The notes: generated from the letters alone by a model not told the origin. A stretch of 34,198 nucleotides of DNA from Nitrosopumilales archaeon (GCA_044507735.1 JBIQJB010000005.1:1-34198); one strand, 5' to 3'; shown: positions 8,849-18,250, numbered from the stretch's first letter. Numbers and translations: made by a program.

Positions 8849-9337
8849 GTGCAGAAAATCTCATTGAATAAGAAAAGCCCGCAAGAGTCCAAGACAGAAA
8901 TGACAATAATGATGCTGCCTTCGGATGCTAACCCTGAGGGCAATGTTTTCGGGGGTGTGATAATGAAACACGTGGACCTCGCGGCAGGGGTAGTAGCTAA
9001 GCGGCATGCAAGAAACACAAATTGTGTCACTGCCAGCATTGACAGAATGACTTTTTTGAAGCCAGTCTACATAGGGAATGCCCTGATACTATCTGCCAGA
9101 ATAAACTATGTCAAGAGATCATCGATGGAAGTTGAAGTGGCGATTGAGTCAGAGAACTTGGATGACGGGACAAGAGTAAGGACAGGTACGGCATTTGTGA
9201 CGATGGTGGCCCTTGACAAGAATGGCAAACCAACAGAAGTGCCGCAGCTTGACTTGAAAACAGCTGAAGAAAAAAAGCGCTTCCATGAAGGAGAGGCCAG
9301 GATGCAGATACGCTTGAAAGAAGCTGGCAAAATCTAA
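8849..9337 (+). CDS. Acyl-CoA thioesterase (hotdog fold, YciA-like)
   Basis: PSDANPEGNVFGGVIMKHVD, CVTASIDRMTFLKPV, SSMEVEV and VALDKNGKP motifs. Confidence 0.92.
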   Translation: MQKISLNKKSPQESKTEMTIMMLPSDANPEGNVFGGVIMKHVDLAAGVVAKRHARNTNCVTASIDRMTFLKPVYIGNALILSARINYVKRSSMEVEVAIESENLDDGTRVRTGTAFVTMVALDKNGKPTEVPQLDLKTAEEKKRFHEGEARMQIRLKEAGKI

Positions 9338-9436
9338 GACTAAGAGAAAAGTGAGCTTCAGAGACAGCTAAATTCTCTACACCACATATATCATTTGCCG
9401 TCATTTTCGATACCAATGTTCTCAAAAGAAGCTGAA

Positions 9437-9607
9437 ATGAACCATGGCAAAGAAGCTGGCAATTATGGTTATTGGTTTAGCGAACTTGACTCACTTGGAA
9501 TTCACCCAAAACGTAAAAACGAGCTAAACGACAGTAGGGAGATAGAAGACCTTGTGGAAAATATGAAACAGACTATGCTACAAGAATATCGAAGCGCCTA
9601 TGAGTAA
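9437..9607 (+). CDS. Small hypothetical protein
   Basis: ORF with plausible helical composition whose stop abuts the stop of the convergent gene; start uncertain (9395, 9416 or 9437). Confidence 0.45.
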   Translation: MNHGKEAGNYGYWFSELDSLGIHPKRKNELNDSREIEDLVENMKQTMLQEYRSAYE

Positions 9608-9802
9608 TTACTCACAATCTTCCAACTCTTCATCGTCAAATCTTCCGCTTTCAGACAGGATATTCTCAACTGGCGGTGAAGATCGGGGTGCTATACTCGC
9701 AATATTCGCATTAAGCGTTTGCATTTCGGCAAGTATTTTCTTTAGTACTTCCAACTGCTCCTCCTGAATGTTCGCCTTTTTGACTTTAGTTCTGGAAGGC
9801 AA
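9608..9802 (-). CDS. Small hypothetical protein (basic N-terminus, coiled coil, acidic tail)
   Basis: 64-aa ORF with TTG start; TTTAAA TATA-like element about 30 nt upstream. Confidence 0.55.
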   Translation of the reverse strand: MPSRTKVKKANIQEEQLEVLKKILAEMQTLNANIASIAPRSSPPVENILSESGRFDDEELEDCE

Positions 9803-9838
9803 TAACTGAGAAAAAGTATGATGCCCTTTTAAATTTGA

Positions 9839-11257
9839 TTGTGGGTAAATTCTCCGCTTTCACAACACAAGTTCTTTGCCAGTGAAAAGCGTGTGATAAT
9901 CTTGGTATTCGCTTTCTGCGTCTTGCTGAGAACGATCCCAGAATTGATTGCATATCCTCATCCCATAGGATATGACGTTATCAATTACTATATTCCAGTA
10001 GTTGAAAATTTTGACGAACACTGGTCGAGTGTAGCAAGCCAATTCCCGTTGTATGTGTTGTTTCTAAATTCTGTGAAACTTGCAACTCACATGCCGGCCC
10101 ATTCGGTTGTCACAGGAGTGGCAATTGCAATGTTTGGGCTTTTTGGAACGTCATTATTCTATCTTGGAAGGTCGCTATTCAGGCTCGACACGATCCGGAG
10201 TCTTTTTTGTGCAATTTTTCCCGTTTTCCATATGGCAGTCCTCAGGACAACATGGGACCTTCATAGAGATATCTTTGCTCTGACTGCAATGTTTTTTGTA
10301 TTTTCATTGCTTTCCAGAAGCAACGGAAAGAAGCAAATTGTTGCAATTCTAGCACTTGCAATACTTACAGTCGGAGCGGACAGGATGATGGGGGTCCTGT
10401 TGTGCATCTCGCTCATTGCACATGCATCTATCACCAAGCGAAAGGAGCCAATCGTTATCGCGGTCTTTGCGACTGGAGTATCTGTTATTCTTGCGCTTGC
10501 CAGCTATTCTTATTATGTACCTTCATCAAATGTAGGTGGTAGCAGCATCGAAGTATCCGCAGATAATGCCACCGCGTCTTACAATCCCCAAGACCTGTTG
10601 ATTCTCTTTGCAGTTGCAAATGGCTTGTTAGTAGCCCCTGCAGTCGTTGGATTTTTCCGAATAAACAACTCTCTGCTACAAGTGCCGCTACTGGCCTCGC
10701 TCGTTGGTTCTTTTTCGTGGCTAGCTTTTCCGAGCATGAGTCAACTTGTGGCCGACAGATGGATAATCGTTGCCGGCATCTTTCTGGCAATCTTTGCTAG
10801 CTTTGGCATATTGCATGTTATCAAGAACTTGAAACCCCGAACTTCACTTTTTGCCGCCCTCTCTATTCTGATTCCATTTGCAGTAGTTGGTATAGCTTAT
10901 GCCGTAATGCCATACGATAGCCCGTTTGTGCTATACGGGATCGCTCGACAAAACATTGAGAACTTTAGTCCAGTCACCATGCAATTCAATTCAATCGACA
11001 TACAAGACAATCCTGAGATTCTGTCAACTATTGAATGGATAAACCAGAATACAGAAGCTGACGCGGTGATTGTGGGTGAAAAGCACTGGCGGGGGTTCAT
11101 GGAGATCTATCTTCAGGACCAGAGGACATACCGCTTTTCAGAAAATCCGCAAACACTTGCTGAAGCAATTGAAAAACAAGGTAAGGCCGTGTACCTGATA
11201 ACATATGATAGCAGAATGCAGCCAATGTTTGCCATAGAAGATATTGCTATAAAATAG
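9839..11257 (+). CDS. Polytopic membrane protein, GT-C-like glycosyltransferase candidate
   Basis: About 11-12 hydrophobic segments; PIGYDVINYY loop after TM1; DRW motif followed by a C-terminal soluble domain (IEWINQNTEADAVI); neighbouring GTs. Confidence 0.6.
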   Translation: MWVNSPLSQHKFFASEKRVIILVFAFCVLLRTIPELIAYPHPIGYDVINYYIPVVENFDEHWSSVASQFPLYVLFLNSVKLATHMPAHSVVTGVAIAMFGLFGTSLFYLGRSLFRLDTIRSLFCAIFPVFHMAVLRTTWDLHRDIFALTAMFFVFSLLSRSNGKKQIVAILALAILTVGADRMMGVLLCISLIAHASITKRKEPIVIAVFATGVSVILALASYSYYVPSSNVGGSSIEVSADNATASYNPQDLLILFAVANGLLVAPAVVGFFRINNSLLQVPLLASLVGSFSWLAFPSMSQLVADRWIIVAGIFLAIFASFGILHVIKNLKPRTSLFAALSILIPFAVVGIAYAVMPYDSPFVLYGIARQNIENFSPVTMQFNSIDIQDNPEILSTIEWINQNTEADAVIVGEKHWRGFMEIYLQDQRTYRFSENPQTLAEAIEKQGKAVYLITYDSRMQPMFAIEDIAIK

Positions 11258-11310
11258 TGTATTAGTGATTTTGCACAAGTGTTATACGATGTCCGAAAGA
11301 AGAGAGAACG

Positions 11311-11751
11311 GTGTCTTTTTACAGAAAAAGAAATTCTTGGGTAAGACGGCGCTGGCTTGACTTCAGACAGGGTCATACAATTTACCTAGTATTCGCAATG
11401 ACCTTTCTCAATTTCGTCACCATACAGTATGCACTGCTGATAGACAGAGTTCCTGCACTAAGCTCCGTCTTTCCAAATCTGTGGATATTTGCAATAGTGT
11501 TTGTTGGAGCGTATGTACCTCTTGCAATAATCATAGGGTACTGGCACAGAAAGACACAGTGGAAAGTGGAACAGGAGGCGATGTTTAGCGAAAACGTCGT
11601 GCAGGCTAGACTGTGGTTGTTCCTGATCCGTCTTGTTCAAGGTAAAGTTTCGGAAAAAGAACAAACAGAGATGCAAGAAATGCTGGAAAAGATCATCAGG
11701 AAACTTCCAAAGGACGAAGTTCAGAAAAAGACCGACACGGAAGCTACCTAG
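11311..11751 (+). CDS. Hypothetical membrane protein (2 TM)
   Basis: Two clear hydrophobic segments, basic N-terminus and charged C-terminus; 4-nt stop overlap with the convergent GT. Confidence 0.75.
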   Translation: MSFYRKRNSWVRRRWLDFRQGHTIYLVFAMTFLNFVTIQYALLIDRVPALSSVFPNLWIFAIVFVGAYVPLAIIIGYWHRKTQWKVEQEAMFSENVVQARLWLFLIRLVQGKVSEKEQTEMQEMLEKIIRKLPKDEVQKKTDTEAT

Positions 11752-12548
11752 GTGACGCCTTCGTATATCCCCATCAGTCTGCTTGCGGCGAACTCGGGCC
11801 AGTGCTCTCTTGGAAGACCCTGCAAGGATTTCAATTCGTGATTAATTACTGTCAAGCCGCATGCAAGCGACTCGAGGCCGGTCTTGCTCATTGCATGCAA
11901 GAGAACACCATCAACATATTTGATGTCCACATACGTTCGATATCGACTGAGAAAGTCCGGTACTTCTGAATATGGTATTGGATTTGCTTCTCGATCTATG
12001 ATGTCAAGCTGCATCTCAATGTTGTTGCTCCTTAGATAGCTTAGCACTCTCTGCGCATCGCCTCTAGCTGACTTGATTGTGAATGCCTTGTCACTGGAAC
12101 CATTACCTGGTCTAAAATGCTCCGTATCGACAGGGTTTGGAACATGGATCATTTCACTTACATATTCTCGAAGATCTCCAGTTGAGCCAATGATAATGTC
12201 TGCCTTTCCTTCAGCCTCCCTTCTAAGAGGATCATCGTTCTTGTCTCTCACCTCGGATCCATGATAGTGAAGCACAAGTTTCTTGTCGCGGTATTTCTTT
12301 CGCAGTTCCGGTACTATCTTGTAAATAGAATGCACATGTACCACATCATATTTTGAGGCCTCCTTAACAGCGTGTTTCAGGAAGGCCTTACCATCCATGT
12401 CAAGCAATGGCTCTTGATAAAATTGGAAAATCTTGAATGGGTCGTATCCTTCCCGCTTCAAGATTTTGACGCTGTGACCCATCCTTCTATGGTATTTGGC
12501 AAATATGCAAGCCACTCCTGCTTGATCCCATATGTGTAAGATGTTCAT
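11748..12548 (-). CDS. Glycosyltransferase, GT4-like (short)
   Basis: MNILHI, DVVHVH, HYHGSEVR, VPNPVDTEHF and LESLACG motifs. Confidence 0.8.
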   Translation of the reverse strand: MNILHIWDQAGVACIFAKYHRRMGHSVKILKREGYDPFKIFQFYQEPLLDMDGKAFLKHAVKEASKYDVVHVHSIYKIVPELRKKYRDKKLVLHYHGSEVRDKNDDPLRREAEGKADIIIGSTGDLREYVSEMIHVPNPVDTEHFRPGNGSSDKAFTIKSARGDAQRVLSYLRSNNIEMQLDIIDREANPIPYSEVPDFLSRYRTYVDIKYVDGVLLHAMSKTGLESLACGLTVINHELKSLQGLPREHWPEFAASRLMGIYEGVT

Positions 12549-12551
12549 TTC

Positions 12552-13391
12552 TTATGCCGCTTCGCTTAGCGCCTTGATCGGATTTGTGACATATCGCTTA
12601 ATGCGCTGGTGCTGTATGCTGCTGAGAAATGAGCGCAACTCTGGATCGTAGGTGCGAACATCTTTACTGAAGTAGCCTTTGAGCATGTAGTAACCGCCTC
12701 TTGGATTCTTGATGGAGATGAGACCAATCCTTGCAGCGGAATATAGCTTGCTGTAGCCCAGAGCCTTGAGAGACTTGCCATATGAAATATAGACGCTTTT
12801 CTTATAGTTCCTGCCAGTCTTGCGTAGCGTACTTGTCGTCAGATTCTTTAGAACCTTGACCTCGTAGCCCAGTTGCTGGGCCTTTAACACAAGGTATGTT
12901 TCAAAACCATAATTTTCAGGATACCTGAAACCGATGCTCTTCCAGAAATCAGCCCTGACAACCCTGCCAGAACCGCGAGGGACGATGCTGCGCTCGCCTT
13001 CTATTACGCCAGAACACAATACCATCCTCTTGTTCTCTGCCATTGCGTCAAGCACGGCAGTGAGGTAGTGCGGAGGCAGAATATGATCCGCTCCAAGTAT
13101 CAAAACATAATCACCGGGGCGGCCAAAGTCGTGTTCTTCAATGCGAGCAAGGCCTCGATTTATCACACCAGCAAGAATTGGGGTGCCATGAACGTTGAAG
13201 CCTCTATCGGGCATATCAACAACTTCTGCTCCTGCTGCTGATGCAATACTGGCAGTCATGTCTGTGGAACCATCGTTTACTACTATGACTCTAATTGGAC
13301 GGCTATGCTGGTTGAAAAGTGCCTCCAAGGTCCTACCGATGAAATTTTCTTCGTTCCTTGCGGGTATAACTACCGCTACTCGCGGGCTCAC
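12552..13391 (-). CDS. Glycosyltransferase family 2
   Basis: VVIPARNEE and VVNDGSTD motifs; GAD variant of the DxD motif. Confidence 0.9.
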   Translation of the reverse strand: MSPRVAVVIPARNEENFIGRTLEALFNQHSRPIRVIVVNDGSTDMTASIASAAGAEVVDMPDRGFNVHGTPILAGVINRGLARIEEHDFGRPGDYVLILGADHILPPHYLTAVLDAMAENKRMVLCSGVIEGERSIVPRGSGRVVRADFWKSIGFRYPENYGFETYLVLKAQQLGYEVKVLKNLTTSTLRKTGRNYKKSVYISYGKSLKALGYSKLYSAARIGLISIKNPRGGYYMLKGYFSKDVRTYDPELRSFLSSIQHQRIKRYVTNPIKALSEAA

Positions 13392-13449
13392 GTATCAAAA
13401 GCTAACTGATTTTATTTACCAATTCCAGAGGATTCTATCATAAAAAAGG

Positions 13450-14322
13450 TTAGGTGTATCTTTTCTCAAGATCCATATATTTGTCCAAGCCGACAAACTG
13501 ATTAAAGTCCTTGAATGTGACCATCATCTTGCGTGTCTGCCTTGTCTCTCCTTTCTCCTTCAGCTCTGTTAGCACCTCACGCATAGCATATGTCGCACTG
13601 TATAGAGCCGACAGTGGAAATACGGCGATCCTGTAGCCTAGTTTCAACAACTCCTGTGCAGGGATTGTCGGGGTCACCCCATCCTCTATCATGTTGGCTA
13701 CAAGCGGCGCGTCGATCTCGTCAGCCACCTTTTTCAACTCTTCGATAGACCTTGGCGCTTCGACAAATATCACATCGGCTCCTGCTTTCCTGTACGCCTT
13801 GCCGCGTTCAATCGCTTCCTCGAGCCCCTTGGGAGCACGCGCATCGGTCCTTGCAACTATGATAAAGTCCCTGCTCTTTCGCGCCTCGATTGCTGCCTTG
13901 AGCTTTGGCAAGTAATCGTCTTTTGGTATGACATCTTTTCCCACCATGTGACCGCATCTCTTGGGCCATACTTGGTCTTCTAGAAATATGCCGGCAGCGC
14001 CCGAGCTCTCGAGATCCCGCACTAGACGCCAGACATTGAGCGGGTTGCCATAACCTGTGTCAGCATCAACGAGCACCGGAACACTGACTGCGCGAATTAT
14101 CCTCCTTGCATTGTCCAGCGTTTCACCTGCGTTGAGGAAGCCAAAATCAGGCATCCCAAGCAATGTAGCAGATGAACCATAGCCCGTCTGAAACATTGCA
14201 TCAAAGCCTACTTGTTCTGCAATCCGGGCGCTAAGCGCATCAAACACTCCTGGAAGGACGATTATCTTGTTCTTGTCTTCAAGTCGCTCTCTGAGTGAAA
14301 GTTCTGTAGTTCTATTGGACAT
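13450..14322 (-). CDS. Isocitrate lyase/PEP mutase family protein (PrpB-like C-C lyase)
   Basis: DALSA, DADTGYG, LEDQVWPKRCGH, ARTDA and FVEAP motifs. Confidence 0.92.
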   Translation of the reverse strand: MSNRTTELSLRERLEDKNKIIVLPGVFDALSARIAEQVGFDAMFQTGYGSSATLLGMPDFGFLNAGETLDNARRIIRAVSVPVLVDADTGYGNPLNVWRLVRDLESSGAAGIFLEDQVWPKRCGHMVGKDVIPKDDYLPKLKAAIEARKSRDFIIVARTDARAPKGLEEAIERGKAYRKAGADVIFVEAPRSIEELKKVADEIDAPLVANMIEDGVTPTIPAQELLKLGYRIAVFPLSALYSATYAMREVLTELKEKGETRQTRKMMVTFKDFNQFVGLDKYMDLEKRYT

Positions 14323-14352
14323 CTGTGGAGTAGGTCGGGATGTGATATTTAA

Positions 14353-14772
14353 TTAGCTTTCCACTGGCCATTCTCCGGGGGTTATCAGCTCAACCAAATT
14401 TCCGGCAGGATCTCGAAAGTAAATCGACTTGGCTCTCTCCTTCCATATGACTTCCTTCTCTATTGCGACCCCACTTTTCACCAAGTGTTCTTTCCAGCCA
14501 TCATAGTCTGCATCTTCAATTTCCAATGCGAAATGTATGCTTGAAGGGGGTGTGGTGGCGCCATGGGTCGGCAGCTGGTCATTATTGACGCTGGTCTTGT
14601 CAGGGTTGAATATCAGGAGCATGCTTTTTCCTGCCTTGAGAAACATGAGCTTGCCTTCTTCTTCCTCTGCAATAGGTAATCCCATGATGCCTGAATAGAA
14701 ATTTCTCATGTTAACGAGGTCTGATGAGTAGATGCACGTTTCGACGACCTTGTTTATCTTCATGACTGTCAT
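14353..14772 (-). CDS. VOC/glyoxalase family protein
   Basis: VVETCIY, HFALEI and SIYFRDPAGNLVEL motifs. Confidence 0.9.
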   Translation of the reverse strand: MTVMKINKVVETCIYSSDLVNMRNFYSGIMGLPIAEEEEGKLMFLKAGKSMLLIFNPDKTSVNNDQLPTHGATTPPSSIHFALEIEDADYDGWKEHLVKSGVAIEKEVIWKERAKSIYFRDPAGNLVELITPGEWPVES

Positions 14773-14795
14773 TATTGTTATTGCTGTTGTATGGA

Positions 14796-14954
14796 TTATG
14801 GCTGCTGAGCGGGTTTGATATCGTAGTTGCCATCAGGATACTTAGTTACGAAAAGTTGGCAACTTCTACACTCGTATTCTTTTACGGGCGGGTCATGCAG
14901 GACAGAGCCATTCAGCCAGACCATAATTGCTCCACACGAGGGGCAGTTCATCAT
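14796..14954 (-). CDS. 52-aa zinc-ribbon microprotein (not in the ORF track)
   Basis: Hand translation MMNCPSCGAIMVWLNGSVLHDPPVKEYECRSCQLFVTKYPDGNYDIKPAQQP; two CxxC knuckles; TATTAA about 27 nt upstream. Confidence 0.8.
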   Translation of the reverse strand: MMNCPSCGAIMVWLNGSVLHDPPVKEYECRSCQLFVTKYPDGNYDIKPAQQP

Positions 14955-15181
14955 ATATGTCTATAAGTCTTCAAATACTGTTAATATGTCTTTTTAACGC
15001 CCAAACTGCATCTCTGGCCGTCATACTTATCGCAATCCTGTTGCACAATCTGCCCCTCAGTGTACACAAACTGAGGCGCCAACAGCCTTTTCAGTGTGTA
15101 GCAAGACAACCATCGTGCAGCCGCAATGGCGGCAATTGCCAAGAATTCTTACATTGCGCCCGCGAGTTAAACTACTGCAAA

Positions 15182-15553
15182 TCACGTTGCATCAGCTGCA
15201 GTCCTTCTTGCTTCGTCTATGCCCTCTCTGATTAGCCTGAACGCCTGCTGGGCCATGTCATTTGGGATGTTCTCTATCACGAGATCGTTTCCATCCATCT
15301 TTAGGTTGAGCATTATCGTAGAACGGAGAAGGCCCTTGTCCAAGATAATGTTTGTTATGTCAGAATAGCTGAAGTCCACATAGCTCTTTTTCATCCTCAT
15401 CATCGATGGCCTTCGCAAGATGACCCTCTTGCTGGTAATCGTCACCGACTCAATATTGATTGCCGGTCGGTATTTTTTCTGCTTGATGCCGAAGAGCACC
15501 TTTTCGTCCTCGTCTAGCAATGGCAAGACATCGTCTGGCACCTCCATATGCAT
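15182..15553 (-). CDS. Bacterial-type PH-domain protein
   Basis: LLDEDEKVL...ITSKRVIL...DFSYSDITNIILDKGLLRSTI pattern; start uncertain. Confidence 0.78.
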   Translation of the reverse strand: MHMEVPDDVLPLLDEDEKVLFGIKQKKYRPAINIESVTITSKRVILRRPSMMRMKKSYVDFSYSDITNIILDKGLLRSTIMLNLKMDGNDLVIENIPNDMAQQAFRLIREGIDEARRTAADAT

Positions 15554-15648
15554 AACTAGAATGTTGTTCCGCATTAAAATTGGTCGCACAAAAGAGTACT
15601 AGAAGAGGCTCACAGTAAGGATATGACTTTTTAGTCCGTCAGTCATCT

Positions 15649-16263
15649 TTGTTACTATTAGTATTGTTGATATCTGATGGCGAAGGATCCGAAATTGTCA
15701 GGCTAGCAAGAAGGGCCGTTGAAACATACCTTCGAGAGTCGACGATAATCAAGCATGACAAAGACGATGGCCTCAGAGCAGGAGTGTTTGTAACACTCAA
15801 CTATTTGACTAGAAAGAAAGAAGAACATCTGCGGGGTTGCATCGGCTTCCCCCTGCCGGACAAGATGCTCCGTCAGTCTGTGATTGAGGCTGCTATTGCG
15901 GCTGCGACAGAAGATCCGCGCTTTCCCCCGGTTGACATCCAAGAACTGGACGACATGATATTCGAAGTGAGTGTATTGACGCCTCCACAAGAGATTAGGG
16001 TAAGTCCAGACGAATATCGAAGAGAGATCAAAATAGGTAAAGATGGGCTGATCCTGCGCTGGCGCTTTGGATCCGGGTTGCTGCTCCCACAGGTTCCCAT
16101 AGAAATGAAATGGAATATCGACCAGTATCTTGCAAACATTTGCTACAAGGCGGGAGCACCTGTTGATGCCTGGAAGGATCGTGCTTCAAAACTCTACAAG
16201 TTCCAAGCAATTGTGTTCAAGGAAAGAGAGCCAAGGGGTAAAATCATCCGGCTAGAGCTGTGA
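15649..16263 (+). CDS. AMMECR1-domain protein (AmmeMemoRadiSam protein A family)
   Basis: GVFVTL, LRGCIG, AATEDPRF, EVSVLT, GLLLPQV and CYKAG motifs. Confidence 0.95.
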   Translation: MLLLVLLISDGEGSEIVRLARRAVETYLRESTIIKHDKDDGLRAGVFVTLNYLTRKKEEHLRGCIGFPLPDKMLRQSVIEAAIAAATEDPRFPPVDIQELDDMIFEVSVLTPPQEIRVSPDEYRREIKIGKDGLILRWRFGSGLLLPQVPIEMKWNIDQYLANICYKAGAPVDAWKDRASKLYKFQAIVFKEREPRGKIIRLEL

Positions 16264-16297
16264 CAATAATATATAATCAGACTGGATAATTCCCGAC

Positions 16298-17479
16298 GTG
16301 GGTGTTGCCTATTTTGCGCCGTATGGGGTTGGCCTAGGACACGCAAGTCGGCTTGTGATGGTTGCTGACCACTTGCGCGGAATCGGGACGAATGTCAGCT
16401 TCTCGTCATATGGCGAAGCGGCAAGCTATGTCTCACTCAAGGGCTACAAGTGCGTCACTGTTCCTCCAGTAGAATTCGCATGGAGTATGGAGGGTGGCTT
16501 TTCTGTAAAGAATAGTATTGCCAACATACCACTCTGGTTTGCCAATTTGTCCAAGCAAGTGAACCAAGAAACCCGCAACATGACTGCATGCAACCCAGAC
16601 GTAGTAGTTTCAGATTCTCGTCTGTCTCCACTTGTTGCGGCCAAACTGCTCAAGATCCCGTCGATAGTGGTCCTGAATCAGGTAAAACTCTTGCTGTCTC
16701 CACGCCTCCGCGATTTTGCTATCTCGCGTTTCTTTGAAGACATGGTTGCTGAGCTACTTGGAACAATGTGGACCATGGCTGATCGCATTCTGGTCCCGGA
16801 TCTCCCGCCTCCATATACAATCTCAGCACATAATGTATGGCAAGTCGGCTCCGCGTCCAAGAAACTTGAATATGTTGGATTTGCTTCGCCAAAGCCATAT
16901 GTGAGCAAAGAGTCCGTCGACAGAGTGGCACAGAATCTTGGGTTTGATAGATCCAAACCAATAGTGTTCGTGCACGTGAGTGGACCGTCGCAGACGCGTC
17001 CAGCGCTTATCAGAGTCAGTCTAGATGTCATTGAGCAGCTGGATCCGAAAATCCAGTTTGTAATTTCTGGAGGCAATCCAAAGGGCGAAGGTGAACCTCG
17101 GCGACTTGGAGAGTGCAGCTGGTATTATGACTGGTGTCCTGTCCGTGATGAAATATTTGCAATGAGCGACCTCCTGGTATTGAGAGGTGGTCACGTCGCG
17201 CTCTCTCAAGCTATACAGTTTGGCAAAGCGGTAGTCACCGTACCGATAGAAAACCATGGGGAACAATTAGGAAATTCCGCAAGAATTGCAGAACTTGGGA
17301 TGGGCATAATGGTTCATCCAAAGGGCATCAAGCCTGAACAGCTCAAGGATGCCATCTTGCAAGTGCTGGGAGACAATCGTTACAAGGATAGGGCCATCGA
17401 GTTGCAGAAGATGGCCGCAAAGCTAGACGGCATTGACAATATTGCGCGCGTTGTCAGATCCTATCTGGCGCATACATAG
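16298..17479 (+). CDS. GT-B glycosyltransferase with a GT28 C-terminal domain (MurG-like fold)
   Basis: GVGLGHASR, PDVVVSD and RGGH...VP...EQLGN motifs. Confidence 0.85.
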   Translation: MGVAYFAPYGVGLGHASRLVMVADHLRGIGTNVSFSSYGEAASYVSLKGYKCVTVPPVEFAWSMEGGFSVKNSIANIPLWFANLSKQVNQETRNMTACNPDVVVSDSRLSPLVAAKLLKIPSIVVLNQVKLLLSPRLRDFAISRFFEDMVAELLGTMWTMADRILVPDLPPPYTISAHNVWQVGSASKKLEYVGFASPKPYVSKESVDRVAQNLGFDRSKPIVFVHVSGPSQTRPALIRVSLDVIEQLDPKIQFVISGGNPKGEGEPRRLGECSWYYDWCPVRDEIFAMSDLLVLRGGHVALSQAIQFGKAVVTVPIENHGEQLGNSARIAELGMGIMVHPKGIKPEQLKDAILQVLGDNRYKDRAIELQKMAAKLDGIDNIARVVRSYLAHT

Positions 17480-17943
17480 GCCCATTTCCTTCCGACAACC
17501 GCCACTATAACTCGGTCAGCTTCATGCTGATTTCTTGCAGGCAGGGCGCTTATCTCTGCTAGCTTTTCGACAAGCATGCCCGTGGATGCAAACTCTACAT
17601 CTCGCTCAACATAATCTGATACCTTTGCCGCAAGGATCACCTTGATGTAGAATTTTTCGCCTGGCAGGATGATCTTTATCCCAGTCTCAGCTATCGCACC
17701 TATGACATCAGAAAAGTGTCTAGACACTTGTTCTGCTATTGCGATGTTATCGGCTCCCACAATATCAGCTAAACCTGACTCGATTCTTGAATTGTGTGGA
17801 GTGCACACGAGGCAAGGGCCCTCAAAGGTTACTCGCTTTGCACCTTGTTTCCTCGCAGCCCTTGCAAGCAATTGCCTGCTTATAGAAGCGGGGGTAAAGA
17901 CGAGTAGTACTATGCCTGTTCCACCACGAATGATACGAGGCAA
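17461..17943 (-). CDS. Stand-alone THUMP-like protein (ThiI N-terminal part only)
   Basis: Resembles the ferredoxin-like+THUMP region of archaeal ThiI-like proteins (GEKFYIKV...RDVEF...AYVC); no PP-loop follows. Confidence 0.55.
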   Translation of the reverse strand: MPRIIRGGTGIVLLVFTPASISRQLLARAARKQGAKRVTFEGPCLVCTPHNSRIESGLADIVGADNIAIAEQVSRHFSDVIGAIAETGIKIILPGEKFYIKVILAAKVSDYVERDVEFASTGMLVEKLAEISALPARNQHEADRVIVAVVGRKWAYVCAR

Positions 17944-18007
17944 AGGGAAATTATGAGGTTATCGGAAAAATAAAATAAGATAAAATGGGCACGTGGCCCT
18001 TTGGTTT

Positions 18008-18250
18008 TTACCAGTGGTGCTTTTCGTCTGGAATCAGACCGATCTGTTCGCGCTCAAAGTATCTTTCCAGCTCTTGCGCCCATCTTTCCTTTGCAGAGCC
18101 GCCACCGAGACCCTTTCTTCTCAACCAGAAGGCGATGACGCCTAGCAGGAAGACTGCGAACAGCATGGTTCCGAATATGTAGACCATGACGTCGTAGAAG
18201 AGCGGATCCCAATTCGGACCTATCTGCCCAATTAGACTTTGGAAGACCAT
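18008..18250 (-). CDS. Small single-pass membrane protein
   Basis: One TM helix followed by RRK; TATA-like TATATA about 27 nt upstream. Confidence 0.7.
   Translation of the reverse strand: MVFQSLIGQIGPNWDPLFYDVMVYIFGTMLFAVFLLGVIAFWLRRKGLGGGSAKERWAQELERYFEREQIGLIPDEKHHW

Noticed and set aside
14775-15235. Plus-strand ORFs 14775..14966 and 14927..15235
   Set aside because: Antisense to the better-supported zinc-ribbon microprotein and remnant.
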